Shown in pieces: positions 20,001-29,560 of a stretch of 64,000 bases of DNA; position 1 is the first letter of the stretch, and every line of letters starts with the position of its first letter. A program made the position numbers and the translations under genes. This DNA is from a virus, in IMG/VR virus record IMGVR_UViG_3300050128_000053, positions 1-64,000 of that record; one strand, written 5' to 3'. The notes beneath the pieces were generated by a model. The model had not been told where the DNA came from, made no database searches, and worked only from the letters and a program-made list of their open reading frames with translations.

Positions 20001-20403
20001 ACAAAGGCGTGTCACCGGCAACGATGGTCGCCATGTACTCGTTGATGATGAGCCCGTAATCTGTGCCCGAAGTGGAGTCACCAGCTTTTACACCAGGGAT
20101 GTAACCGACATCAGTGATCGGAGAAGGGGGCGAGATGGCGCTAGCAGCGGCCACGGTCAACCAAGTACCGAGCCAAACCGGGTAATCAGTATCACCCCCC
20201 TCGAACATGAGCCAAACCGGTTCGGTTGGATTGGGGAGAACAAGATCACTTACATCGGCCGGCGAGAAACAGGGCCATGCCCAATCGGTCTGCACACTCG
20301 GGTCACCAAAGACCTGAGGGACAATCGCCCTGACTCGAAAGAGTCCTTCTGGATCATCGTTGTTGGCGCACACGCCCTTGTAGATGCCGAAGCAACCATT
20401 CAT
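17002..20403 (-). CDS. Gp5/gpV-like baseplate spike fused to beta-helix (depolymerase-like) and fibre-tip domains
   Basis: GIYKG..NDDPEGLFRVRAIVPQV..WAWP..VWLMFEGGDTDYPVWLG; then VPPGPVYV and YNCQAYGV..DNASAW..VPDGVY pectate-lyase-3-like starts. Confidence 0.8.
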   Translation of the reverse strand: MNGCFGIYKGVCANNDDPEGLFRVRAIVPQVFGDPSVQTDWAWPCFSPADVSDLVLPNPTEPVWLMFEGGDTDYPVWLGTWLTVAAASAISPPSPITDVGYIPGVKAGDSTSGTDYGLIINEYMATIVAGDTPLLVPPGPVYVMTPVIPPQGVFLKMAGMSQGVSTPLSGTVLLPNPNSPPSSLVVLANNGSGLKNGNVNAGTTSETAIMVQGNDCINTSIGAFGGTVCTVDSESAKRALWTIFRISGQASYQTTTALALRVNGSDWTMSAGRIVNGTKALNSGGIYNGIHFTEGSGGLADTSNVQDGGGNQFNGCYFDSLYTTVSANALIDRSGASGHAMSNFVNCKYYQNDSGQTGFPVILETTVATAGANVSGGVLTIGGAGSSFTNFIQGAVSSTTCVGVEAAGSSLSSTFTDVVPPSGTFAANSIGGTPVGPDGQVYNCQAYGVLPSNADNASAWNTFYNSVPLGSVIWVPDGVYFFSSITPHTRAVTIWGNWNRYTSSSALYGSIFAPTTSAALLGMQAFFEYQTGGSEVIGICFSGTAVATEETNGTVTINGTTVQLSTLAATTDMVGALIAGPSIPADVTVASVNTGANTITLSAAALGVLITGITSGASNFTVSFAGFHNLSVGGTITLSGFTPSAYNSTWTVASKTWNSVTVTSALNPGTASVIGTYTAPLTAATIYFGGHGVQFGGASSPDAHDSIMRRCFVQGFNQGIVFGEDAEHVTVYDTIVGGNYDGVLFDTNNAFDFAFYNCNLVGNTRSSARLAANTAVENVLFSRTHMGFSQVGMMQDVTTNGDGWVGIKMEASPIEFVSVAHIAITNGGSWEIDPACYWTWSNGTPANPAFSICGQQNGGNITFSANLLGWTNANCPYVYFAGSQSNGSQFLPLNQLGTFAALWYPFVSYNALSVPGSAYLFGALVETGNTTNFISTFETTLNGLLVLHSVSKTANYSTIINDLWTRCTANSFTVTLTQFALEQILIVTNEGSGTITIVAGTGSYTGPATLPPGGGAIIMSDGTNWHCVSSYLPASPWIAVVGGVGFKNSWANFGNGYASPSFRLTPDGKTVQLGGFMSGGTTPGTAFTLPAGYHPITNKDLDGGNVQVDTSGNVKPQTAAGGDIDGLSFPLDL

Positions 20404-21533
20404 GCCGCCACCGCCACCCAGCAGTTGTTGATCAGCGTAGGGACGACGGGAGAGCTGTTCTGCGGCACCCCACCGATGGTATTGGTAGACCCCAAGCTGT
20501 CGCGACCGAGGGAAAGGTCCATGGCATACGTCGAGGTATTCATCAAGTGCTCAGCCTGCTTGACGTACCAGAGACCATTCTCTGAACCGTTCGCATTCTG
20601 AACAAAGATCAATGAGCCTTGAGCGACCAAGGGATTACCAGACGCCTTCGCTGTGGCAGCGAGGTACATCTGATTCTCGAGTCCAGCACCTTCGGTCTTG
20701 TTGACTGCTTCTTGCTGAGTGCTCACCACCTCGTGCTGAACTCGAGTGAACACGGGACTCTCGGCTGCACCTCCTAAGAGGCTGGGCGCTGGACTACCTG
20801 AGACTTGTGAGAAAACTACGTTCCCAGTCCTCGGGTCTATCCCCCCTTGCTGACGAATGGCCAACTCCCCCCCACTTGGCGATGTCTTACCCAGAACCGG
20901 AGTAAAGATTGGGAAGTTCGCTGGATCAGCTCGGTAATCGTATAGGGCCACCGGCCCAGTCAAACTGTTCGGATTGGTTTGCCGTGGTTTGAAAACGAGC
21001 TGCACACCGTTGCAGTAGAAGGTGTAACCAATCCGCTTCGCCAACATTACGCACAGCTGCCAGTACGTCATGCCGGCCATTTGCACCGTCGCCCAGACAG
21101 TCGTGTCGGGCACGATGTCAGCCGCCAACCCAAACCCAGTTGCCACCGACTGAACAATTTGAGACCCGGTCTGAGTGTGCCAAGACTGTGTCCCTGATTG
21201 TTTCATGTACCACGACGCCCCAACGCAGTACACAATGGCGGCATTGCGCTGAGTGAGCGACGTCGAGGTAAGAGCATTATTCGTGCGGGCGGGGTGGTTC
21301 ACATAACCGACAAAAGTTCGTCTTGTGGTTGGGCGGCCGAAAGTGAGGATCATGGGAGTCCCTGAAACAAATGCCCCTGCAGTGACGTCAGCCCCCCAGA
21401 ACTCCATTACTGCAACATCGTGCGCAAACTCTGCTTGCATGACGCGCACAGTATTCGGACTGAAGTTGGGCGCAGAATCTCCATAGAAAGCGACATCGGC
21501 TGAATAGGGGAGACCACCCTTGTAAGAAGCCAT
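20400..21533 (-). CDS. Baseplate hub (gp27/gpD-like)
   Basis: Position; QMAGMTYWQL..LAKRIGY; GLWYVKQAEH. Confidence 0.75.
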   Translation of the reverse strand: MASYKGGLPYSADVAFYGDSAPNFSPNTVRVMQAEFAHDVAVMEFWGADVTAGAFVSGTPMILTFGRPTTRRTFVGYVNHPARTNNALTSTSLTQRNAAIVYCVGASWYMKQSGTQSWHTQTGSQIVQSVATGFGLAADIVPDTTVWATVQMAGMTYWQLCVMLAKRIGYTFYCNGVQLVFKPRQTNPNSLTGPVALYDYRADPANFPIFTPVLGKTSPSGGELAIRQQGGIDPRTGNVVFSQVSGSPAPSLLGGAAESPVFTRVQHEVVSTQQEAVNKTEGAGLENQMYLAATAKASGNPLVAQGSLIFVQNANGSENGLWYVKQAEHLMNTSTYAMDLSLGRDSLGSTNTIGGVPQNSSPVVPTLINNCWVAVAA

Positions 21534-21841
21534 TACTGAATCAGCGTGCTCTGCCCAGTCACCGGCCCAACAGGAATGCGAACCAGTGAACCAGGCGGGA
21601 CATTGAGAGGGTCGATGATCTCGGGGTTCAAGTCAAAGATGGCCCACCAGTACTGGCCATTCCCCAGCTCGCGATATGCCACAGCATCAGGCCGGTCACC
21701 GGCCTTCCAAACATAGAGAGTGAACCCAGTTGCAACTGGTGGAACAGTCCGAAGCACCGAAAGGTTATACGTACCAGCCGAGTTCGGCATGCGCGTAACC
21801 GTTGCTCCACCCAAAGCGTAACGGGATTGGGGGGTGATCAT
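21533..21841 (-). CDS. LysM/Tail-X-like baseplate protein
   Basis: GDRPDAVAYRELG..WWAIFDLNP..PGSLVRIP. Confidence 0.8.
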   Translation of the reverse strand: MITPQSRYALGGATVTRMPNSAGTYNLSVLRTVPPVATGFTLYVWKAGDRPDAVAYRELGNGQYWWAIFDLNPEIIDPLNVPPGSLVRIPVGPVTGQSTLIQ

Positions 21842-22788
21842 GGAATGGGAGGTGGACCGAATCCTGGCTGGTTTTCGATCTGTTGAAGGGCTGCAACATT
21901 AGGATTAGCACTAAAGCTCGGAGCACGGACACTTGGAGCACCGCTCGAGGCAACCGCTGGAGGGACGTAGGAAGTCATCATCTGCAGATCGATCTCGCAA
22001 CGCGACGGCATCATGTCCCACCGAAAAATCCCATAAGTAATGGTCACCGATGTGATGAATCCAGTGAACCCCCACAACTGGCCCGCCTCGTTTGCTGCAA
22101 AAACAACCTGAATCGGAGTAGAAATCGGGACAGCGCCCGTGCTCTCAAACGTCCCCATCAAAGCGTACAGAGCAGCGACATCCTTAAGGACACCGCGATT
22201 GTCCAAGGCATTCGGAGAGTACATGATGTCGTAAGTACGATCAAAGATAAGGGACCAAGAAACAGTCTGCCCACTGGTGAGATTAGGCACATTCCCAGCC
22301 GGCGTCGTAGAACTCGGAGCACCTGTACTAGAAAATGGATTAACAGCGCCGCCAGAGGAAGAATACTGATTCAAACCAGAAAGAGAACTGGACGTTGGAG
22401 ACAACCCATAGAGATAGCCAGCAGGAATCTGATTGATGTTCGTAATGAAGCTCGCCACGATCTGATTTGGGTTGAAAATGAAGTACAGGTAGTTAACATC
22501 ACCATCGGGGAGTGACCCAGGAAAGTTACGCATAATGCCCACACGCTTAGGAGCTGTGACAGGGTTACCGCCGTAAGGTTGAATACCATTTGGAATCCCA
22601 CCGGGAACGATAGGCGGATTTGAATAACCACCAGAGCTTGTCCCTATACCAGCGGTCATCCCCTGTTCAAGCGTTAGTGCTGTATTCCCAACTCCAAATG
22701 CTGTTCCTGGGGCTAGAAAAATATCATTGGGATCGTCAGCAGAAAACGACCCTGGACCTGTATTAGGGACAACCACACTGGTCGACAT
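21838..22788 (-). CDS. Tail tube initiator-like protein
   Basis: FIFNPNQI, LIFDRT, GFITSVTITY..F...MMP. Confidence 0.65.
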   Translation of the reverse strand: MSTSVVVPNTGPGSFSADDPNDIFLAPGTAFGVGNTALTLEQGMTAGIGTSSGGYSNPPIVPGGIPNGIQPYGGNPVTAPKRVGIMRNFPGSLPDGDVNYLYFIFNPNQIVASFITNINQIPAGYLYGLSPTSSSLSGLNQYSSSGGAVNPFSSTGAPSSTTPAGNVPNLTSGQTVSWSLIFDRTYDIMYSPNALDNRGVLKDVAALYALMGTFESTGAVPISTPIQVVFAANEAGQLWGFTGFITSVTITYGIFRWDMMPSRCEIDLQMMTSYVPPAVASSGAPSVRAPSFSANPNVAALQQIENQPGFGPPPIP

Positions 22789-25700
22789 CAGCTCCCTGCC
22801 AATGCAGCCAACTCGTCATTGGCTTTGAGGGTCGCCACAATCGTCTGAACGACCATTTGGGCATCTTGCTGTGATAGACCGATTACTTGGAGCGGCAGAT
22901 TAATCGTAATGCCTCCAGTTCGCGCATTCGACCCGAACCCGCTGATGGTCGCTGTGCCACCCATCCCGATCGGAGGAGCCGACATCGAGGGAGTGAAGGT
23001 CGTCGATGGATCTCCCATAGGCGGGCCAACCTCTTTGACAGCAAGGTTGTAAGCCGCTGTCACACGACCCATGCCTTGCGTCTGGCTGTAGGGCGCTGCA
23101 GGCCGCTCAGCAGCGTAGGCCGCCTGCTCAGCCGCCATAGCTGGGTTGCTCCTCCACAGGGCAGAAGGAACCCCTGCAGTGGCCGCTGCGTAACCCTCAG
23201 TAATCGAACTCCCGACCATGGCCCGGGCTGCCCACACCGGGTTCTCGGCCTCGCCGCTCGTGACACCCGGATGAGCACTCAGTTGGATCTGCCAGGGCCC
23301 ATACCCCCCGCCGCCAACAGCAGTCAGGCTCTGATTTGACTCCAGCGCCGATCCAGTCAACATAGCGATCTGCACATTTCGACTCGAGGTGACAGCTTTT
23401 ACTGCAGAGACAATCTGCTGATTTGCTGATCCGCCCAGAGAAGTACTACCTCCTGTAGACGTAGACGAAGCCGACGTCGTCGACGCCCCCGACGACCCCC
23501 CCGTCGAACCAGCCCCCGCTGAACCACCTCCTGCCTGCGCTGCAATACCGCTGCCCCCAAGTCCACCACCCGAGAGCCAACTCCCGCCTACCGACGAAAG
23601 CCACGAGTTATTCAAGCTCGTCCCTATCCCAGTACCAATCAAAGACGACCCTCCGGTCGAACCGGCCCCTGCAGCTGAAGCAGCCTGCCCTGCAACAGCC
23701 TGAGCTTGTGCTCCTGAAGCCACTCTCCTAATGGCGCTGATATGAGGAGTGTCAACCGATTGGACTTGGACATTTTGTCCAGTCTCAGGAGCAACAACCT
23801 GTTTTCCACCGCCAATATAAATGGCAACATGATCATTGGGCGTCCCGTAGTTGTAGAAGATCAGATCACCGGGCTTCGCTTGCCCGATCCCATTTACCGG
23901 AGAGCCGCATTTCACTTGTTGATACGTCGAGCGCGGCAGTTGGATCCCGCACTGGGAGAAGGCCCACATCACAAAGCCCGAGCAGTCGAATCCAACTGTC
24001 TTTGCCCCCTGTGCGGTGCCAAGGGTCGGACCCGAATCGCTCCCTCCTCCCCACGAGTAAGGAGTACCGACCCCTCCCATCGCCGCACTCACAATCGACG
24101 CACCACTCACGGTGCCCGACGTCGGAGCATCGCCCATAGCCTGGAGGTGCCACGGCTCAGTTGCCGACGGTGTGTAGAGGCCATAGTTCGGAGCGTTCTG
24201 CATAACCCATTTGAACTGAGAAGGCGGTCCTATGTCGGCAGCCTGCCCGAGTTGGTGCGCCGAATGACCGGGAGCTGCCACGCCCTGACCACCCTTCAAA
24301 GCGTAAAGAGCACCTTGCTGTTGGGCGGAACGGAACCCCGAAGAGATCTGCAAGTTCGGATTGTCCTGCATCATGGTATTCAGCCGGCTGGCCAGTGTGG
24401 GAGACAACCCTGCTGTCGTCGTAGAACCAGTGGGTGGATCACCGAAGAAGTGCGTGAGACCCCCGTACAGCGCACCACCAATACCCCCAATGACTGTCCC
24501 TGGCCCAGGAAACAACGAACCAAGTCCAGCACCAAGAGCCGCATCGCTCACCATGCCGCCGACTAAAGCACGAGAGCCAGTCTTTTGACCACCAGAAATC
24601 AGGCTGCCCGCCATGGATCCAGCTCCAGCGATGAGACCGCCTTTCAATAGACCGGACATACTGGGCAGAAGTTCACTCATCCCACTCAAAGCAAGAGATT
24701 CTCCGAGCGCTCCCCCACCACCTCTCGCCAAAAGACCACCCAAAATCCCTCCCTCAGCCAAACCGCTCGCAGCACCTTCTGCCCCACCAGCAGCCCCACC
24801 AGCAGCCCCACCAGCAGCCCCACCGGCAGCACCTAAACCACCTAAACCGGCCCTAAGCACACTGATACCAGCTAATGCCTCAGCGGCCGACAAAGCCGAT
24901 TTAGCCAAAAATGCAGTACCAAATGCCGCCTGAGCCAGAATGGGAGCAAATCCCAACACACCTTTGCTCAAGGTCTGAAAATCGGTAGCCACTGTGTTGA
25001 TAGCACCTTGCATACCGGCCGTATCAACGAATCCCTGCAGCCCTGTCGCTGTAGTCGCTGTGGAGCGGGCCAGAGCCGAAGAAGCGACGGTGCTCTTCCC
25101 AACCGCCTCGGCCTTATTCAAGTTCAATCCAGACGCGGCGTACATTCTGAGCTGTTGAATATCAGCCGTCGAGAGTCCCATCTGTACTTGAGCGTTTTGC
25201 GAGATAGCGGCCCATGAGCCAGGATTCTGGGCCCACTGTTTCGCCTGAGACCCACTGAAGTTCTTTGGCATACCTAATGCCTCAAGAACCGTCTTGAAAA
25301 TGGTGTTCGGATTATTCACTCCTCGAGTGACTGCGTTGTAAAGCCCCCCGCCCGTCGCCATCTGACCGCGACGCATCATGTAGTTGAGAGCCTGGGGAGA
25401 GGTCAGATCACTAGCAAACTGCGTTGCCCCCTGAGCACCCATAAGCGGATTGATCGCTTGAGCGGCGTTGAGAAACGATTTGAGATTCTTGTTCCCCTTC
25501 CCACCTTGTAAAGCACTCAAAAACGGATTTGCCTGCGCAGTAGCAAGGGCACTCCCGAGATCAGCACCCCCGAGATTGGATATACCACTGAACGAAGCCA
25601 CCATGTTGTTTGTGCCGCCGCCGTAGAGGGCAGAAGCCTGAGCCGCCATGAGCTGGATTGGCATGCCGGTTCCTTGCCAACCAGCCATGGTGGTGTTTAT

Positions 25701-26159
25701 GGCACCCGAAGCCTTGGACGCGACCTCAAGAGCGGCAAGACCAGGTATGGCACCCATCCCAGCACCCGACGGACCGCCAGACGGACCACCAGACACGGGT
25801 GCTGGAGTATTCCGATTGGTCACCCCGCCGGCACCGCCCATTGAAACAGGAGCAACCGTGTTATTGGATGCAGCAGTAGTGGTGACTCCTCCCGTCCCAC
25901 CTCTGGTGCCGAAGATCTTTGAGAGTAGACCCCCTGTCGGCCTCAACTTCTGGTTCAAGGTATCAATGGCCGAAGAGAGATGCTTGATCTCGGTAGTAAT
26001 GCTGGCGATGCTCTCACTCAATGCCTTGAACGAAACGCTGTCGGCATTAGCCGAAAACGTGGGACTGGCACTCCCGCCGGCAATGGTCGAAGCCGACTGC
26101 GAAAAAGAAGCCCGCCCAACTGCCACAGTTCCTTGGAGCCCAAGCCCGGGCAGTGACAT
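22788..26159 (-). CDS. Tape measure protein with M15-like peptidase, NlpC/P60 and lysozyme-like domains
   Basis: Ala/Gly-rich; SGFRS..SAHQLGQAADI..EPWH; PYSWGG..FDCSG..HVAIY; LESN..GYGPWQ. Confidence 0.85.
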   Translation of the reverse strand: MSLPGLGLQGTVAVGRASFSQSASTIAGGSASPTFSANADSVSFKALSESIASITTEIKHLSSAIDTLNQKLRPTGGLLSKIFGTRGGTGGVTTTAASNNTVAPVSMGGAGGVTNRNTPAPVSGGPSGGPSGAGMGAIPGLAALEVASKASGAINTTMAGWQGTGMPIQLMAAQASALYGGGTNNMVASFSGISNLGGADLGSALATAQANPFLSALQGGKGNKNLKSFLNAAQAINPLMGAQGATQFASDLTSPQALNYMMRRGQMATGGGLYNAVTRGVNNPNTIFKTVLEALGMPKNFSGSQAKQWAQNPGSWAAISQNAQVQMGLSTADIQQLRMYAASGLNLNKAEAVGKSTVASSALARSTATTATGLQGFVDTAGMQGAINTVATDFQTLSKGVLGFAPILAQAAFGTAFLAKSALSAAEALAGISVLRAGLGGLGAAGGAAGGAAGGAAGGAEGAASGLAEGGILGGLLARGGGGALGESLALSGMSELLPSMSGLLKGGLIAGAGSMAGSLISGGQKTGSRALVGGMVSDAALGAGLGSLFPGPGTVIGGIGGALYGGLTHFFGDPPTGSTTTAGLSPTLASRLNTMMQDNPNLQISSGFRSAQQQGALYALKGGQGVAAPGHSAHQLGQAADIGPPSQFKWVMQNAPNYGLYTPSATEPWHLQAMGDAPTSGTVSGASIVSAAMGGVGTPYSWGGGSDSGPTLGTAQGAKTVGFDCSGFVMWAFSQCGIQLPRSTYQQVKCGSPVNGIGQAKPGDLIFYNYGTPNDHVAIYIGGGKQVVAPETGQNVQVQSVDTPHISAIRRVASGAQAQAVAGQAASAAGAGSTGGSSLIGTGIGTSLNNSWLSSVGGSWLSGGGLGGSGIAAQAGGGSAGAGSTGGSSGASTTSASSTSTGGSTSLGGSANQQIVSAVKAVTSSRNVQIAMLTGSALESNQSLTAVGGGGYGPWQIQLSAHPGVTSGEAENPVWAARAMVGSSITEGYAAATAGVPSALWRSNPAMAAEQAAYAAERPAAPYSQTQGMGRVTAAYNLAVKEVGPPMGDPSTTFTPSMSAPPIGMGGTATISGFGSNARTGGITINLPLQVIGLSQQDAQMVVQTIVATLKANDELAALAGS

Positions 26160-26308
26160 CAGTGCTTCTCAGCCAGGTAGGCCGCCAACCTCGACCAGTA
26201 ATCCCGCTCCCTAGAAGTCATTTCCTTCACGTCTCTAGGTCTCCAGTTCGGGTATTGGCGCAGAAGTCGTGCGTAATGCTTGTACCGATCTACTTCGCTA
26301 GAGGCGAA
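26159..26308 (-). CDS. Tail assembly chaperone C-terminal extension (putative frameshift product)
   Basis: YPNWRPRDVKEMTSRERDYW in the +1 frame, no clear start of its own. Confidence 0.6.
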   Translation of the reverse strand, partial: FASSEVDRYKHYARLLRQYPNWRPRDVKEMTSRERDYWSRLAAYLAEKH

Positions 26309-27164
26309 ATAAGCTCGGAAGGCCCAGCGAAATCGGGTACTCCTCTCCGCAGGTGGCGCAGTTGACAGGGATCTCTTGAAACTTCGGGCCAGGTTGGTGA
26401 GCGTTGAGGAAATCGACCAGGATGGCCCGGTCCCCCGACGGCATCGATTGGACGATTTCCTCTCGACCGTAGGCGAGCACACCATCGACCTTGATCACGC
26501 TCTTGGCCAACATGATGGTGTTGAGTTCAGCGCTCGTCCTGCGCATCATGTTCTCGGACCAGGCCTCTTGAGCCAGCCCAGTGAGAAGACCGACCTCGGC
26601 GATGCGCCCATGACGAAGCTCGACCTCGAAGACCCGCTTCAGTGGGTCTTCGAGTGTATCGACCTTGACATCGGAGTCCAAGAAAACAGTGATCTTCGAT
26701 TCCTTGTCACACATGGCGCAGCGAAGGGTGAACTCAACATCATTGCCGTAGGTGGCTTTACGGATGCCGAGCATCAGGGCATCGCGGTCCCCGATAAGGA
26801 GCCGGCGCATCAGATCCTGATTGACTGTCTCATCACCCAACCGCTCAACCCCGATGGTCAACAGCTCGGTGACGAAGACCCCCATGTTCTTCTGCGGGTC
26901 AAGACGGGACAGCTTCTCTTCGGCGTACCCATCAAGCTCTCGCACCAAGGCGTCTCGGACCAATACACCGCCAGCTGTGATATAGCCAACCGGCAGCTCC
27001 ACCGAACAATCAGGAACATCGCCGATCTCGGGCTCTTTCTCAGTAGCCGCTATCTTGGCCGCCACCTCTGCAGCGCTCGGCATCGAGTCGGGGGACGGTG
27101 GCGTGGGCAATGGCCGAGCGCCGGGGGTATCGGGCAACATGGGAGGGGAGTTCAAAGCTGTCAT
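26298..27164 (-). CDS. Tail assembly chaperone/T4 gp26-like hub assembly protein
   Basis: LPVGY, VRELDG, LLIGDRDALMLGIRKATYG, two CxxC; AAGGAG RBS. Confidence 0.75.
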   Translation of the reverse strand: MTALNSPPMLPDTPGARPLPTPPSPDSMPSAAEVAAKIAATEKEPEIGDVPDCSVELPVGYITAGGVLVRDALVRELDGYAEEKLSRLDPQKNMGVFVTELLTIGVERLGDETVNQDLMRRLLIGDRDALMLGIRKATYGNDVEFTLRCAMCDKESKITVFLDSDVKVDTLEDPLKRVFEVELRHGRIAEVGLLTGLAQEAWSENMMRRTSAELNTIMLAKSVIKVDGVLAYGREEIVQSMPSGDRAILVDFLNAHQPGPKFQEIPVNCATCGEEYPISLGLPSLFRL

Positions 27165-27208
27165 ATATGGCGCTCCTTTGAGTGAAGTGGGCTGCAGGCG
27201 TATTTCTA

Positions 27209-27868
27209 CTACCAGCCAACAGGGTTCGTCACGTACCCATTGACGTTGCCCGGCATCCCACCCCACTGCATGTCGAAGCCCTCGTAGTTGATCGTCATCT
27301 GTTCGACCGCCACGGCGTTACCGCCGGCATCCATGTCCGAATAGGCCAACGACCCGATCCAAGCCGAATACAGCTTGAAGCTGATCTGGACGATGCTGGC
27401 CTGATTGACGTACGAACTCTCGTACGGAGCGTTCGGACCTGGTGCTGCCGCAGTGTTGTTCGGGTGCTGGAGCACATTGATGTACATGGTCGTGCGAAAG
27501 TCCGGTGCCGGTGTAAGCGTATCGGGGTTAAGCAGATTCACGCCGGCCTGACCCCCGTACATGGCAGTGAACAGGTTCGTCATCCAGTACCAGTTGTCGT
27601 AATCGGTCGGGAAAAGCCCTCTTGAACACGTGATCGGGTTGATGTCCGCTTGTCCGGGCATCTTCCTCGTAGTCAAGTTGTCACCGCCCTCACGGTACGT
27701 CAGCGGCTCGATCGAAACCCCAAGACCGGACACGGACATGAATCCAAACCGCGCTATGCCGCCGGTTATGCCGTCGCTTTGCGTAGTGAGTGGTATGTAT
27801 AGGTTGAACTTGAAGGATCGCAGGGGATCAGATGTAATCGACCTGCTCACACCCACTGTAGCAGCCAT
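27209..27868 (-). CDS. Tail tube protein (T4 gp19-like)
   Basis: DPLRSFKF, GFMSVSGL, YREGG..RKMPG, ITCSRG, VEQMTI.YEG. Confidence 0.9.
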   Translation of the reverse strand: MAATVGVSRSITSDPLRSFKFNLYIPLTTQSDGITGGIARFGFMSVSGLGVSIEPLTYREGGDNLTTRKMPGQADINPITCSRGLFPTDYDNWYWMTNLFTAMYGGQAGVNLLNPDTLTPAPDFRTTMYINVLQHPNNTAAAPGPNAPYESSYVNQASIVQISFKLYSAWIGSLAYSDMDAGGNAVAVEQMTINYEGFDMQWGGMPGNVNGYVTNPVGW

Positions 27869-27885
27869 TTAGAAAGCTCCTTCTC

Positions 27886-29544
27886 TTAGGTCGACGTAGT
27901 CGAGACCGACGTTGCTCCGGTGCTCTGGAACTGGGCGATAGTGATCTGGATGAACTCGGAGGGAACCGCAAGAGCGACACCGGCCACCACATTGGTGACT
28001 CCGCTGGCGATTGTCTGCGGCGTGTTGATCGTGTCATCGCAGATCACGTAATAGGACTGCGCTGGCGTACCGCCCGGGAAAGCACCTGCGGCGTACATAC
28101 TTGAGAGCAACGAGTTGCAGGTCGCAATGATCCGTCCCCACAGAGAAGACGAGTTGGGATCAAAGACATACTGCTGCATCGAGGCCACCAGAGCGGACTC
28201 AATGTAGTTCAAGGTGCGGCGCACCGGTATGTACTTCGATGCGAAACCGATCTCGAGTGTGCGGGTGCCCCAAATGACCACAGAACCATCGGGCATTGTC
28301 CGCAGGGCGTTGACGTTCTGATTGTTGAGGAGGGCCATTTGACCCGGTGTGAGCTGATCCTCGGCGGCCACCACATTGGCCAAGACCGTGTTCGTCCCTG
28401 CAGGAGCTTCCCAAGGTCCCGAACTGTTGTCTGTAGCGGCGATCTGACCGAGGATGAAACCACCCGGCGGCAGATCAATCACGTTCTGGGGGTTCGATGA
28501 GGCCGGATTCGTGGCGTAAACCCATGGGTAATACAAGGCGACATAGGAAGGCGCTGGATTTGCCCCGAACGACAAACTGGCGAGGAAAGCCGACACTGAG
28601 TTCAAACCGCTCACCGGAGCACCTTGGGGAGGGTCGACGACCAAGAAGGTGTACGGGCGGCCGCCTGATGCGTACGTACCCGCAGCATCGATGACCGCCG
28701 TGTTCCCTTCAGCTGGGAGGTTGATGTTCAAGAGACCTTGGACCTTGTCGAAGGGCGATGTCCCCGCTGTCACTACAACCTCTTTGTCCGCAGGAGCAGG
28801 AGGAGAGAGAGGATCGGTCCCACCGCTAAAAGCGAGCCCAGTGGTTATTCCTGGGCAGCTCAATACGGGAGAGGGCGCTGAGGTAGCCGGTGTCGACACC
28901 ACAACCACCCAGGTGGAACCTTGAGAAGGTGAGTTGATGATCGAGGTGACGAACCGGTTACTGAGCGGATTCATGGATAGGTACGTCCACTGCTCCACCA
29001 AAGTGCCGGCAGCCGGCGCACCACCGGCATAGATGTTCATGTTGAAAGACGGGTAACCGGCACTGTCGCTTGCACCGGTCAGCGAAATGGAAGCCCACAG
29101 ACCACTTGTTGCCTGGCCGTTGGCCCATTGGCCGGGATTCCCAGCCTTCCCTAAGACACCCGCCTCAAGAACGATCGCTGTCTGTGGCGTGGCCGTATAG
29201 GCGTCAGGAATGTTCAACGTGGCAGTCGCCCCAGGCGATGTCGAGTTCGTAATCCGTGCCACAAAGGCTGATTGCCCGCCGTTGGCAAAGAACTGATACA
29301 CCGAATACGGCAGGTACGGGTTGTTCAGAACCGGGACGCTGTTCGGGTTGAAGCCCCCGAAGTACCTGACGAAATCGCTCCAGCTGTTGCACAAGATGGC
29401 ATACCCACTCGGGCCACGGAAATGCTCACCGGCAAACCCAGCCACCGACGGGGATGAGTTGGAAGGCGAGATGGTGGGCCCGAGCAGTTGTTCTACAGTG
29501 CTGACGCCTGGAGGGCCGGTGAGCGAGGGGGTCGTCATGGTCAT
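27886..29544 (-). CDS. Tail sheath protein
   Basis: FFANGG, YYPW, WEAPAG, WGTRTL, YIPVRR, VFDPN, PSEFI. Confidence 0.92.
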   Translation of the reverse strand: MTMTTPSLTGPPGVSTVEQLLGPTISPSNSSPSVAGFAGEHFRGPSGYAILCNSWSDFVRYFGGFNPNSVPVLNNPYLPYSVYQFFANGGQSAFVARITNSTSPGATATLNIPDAYTATPQTAIVLEAGVLGKAGNPGQWANGQATSGLWASISLTGASDSAGYPSFNMNIYAGGAPAAGTLVEQWTYLSMNPLSNRFVTSIINSPSQGSTWVVVVSTPATSAPSPVLSCPGITTGLAFSGGTDPLSPPAPADKEVVVTAGTSPFDKVQGLLNINLPAEGNTAVIDAAGTYASGGRPYTFLVVDPPQGAPVSGLNSVSAFLASLSFGANPAPSYVALYYPWVYATNPASSNPQNVIDLPPGGFILGQIAATDNSSGPWEAPAGTNTVLANVVAAEDQLTPGQMALLNNQNVNALRTMPDGSVVIWGTRTLEIGFASKYIPVRRTLNYIESALVASMQQYVFDPNSSSLWGRIIATCNSLLSSMYAAGAFPGGTPAQSYYVICDDTINTPQTIASGVTNVVAGVALAVPSEFIQITIAQFQSTGATSVSTTST

Positions 29545-29560
29545 CGCTGTTCTCTACCTT

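Noticed and set aside
24781-24830. 12-bp tandem repeat (GGAA) in the tape measure gene
   Set aside because: Ordinary in-frame linker repeat
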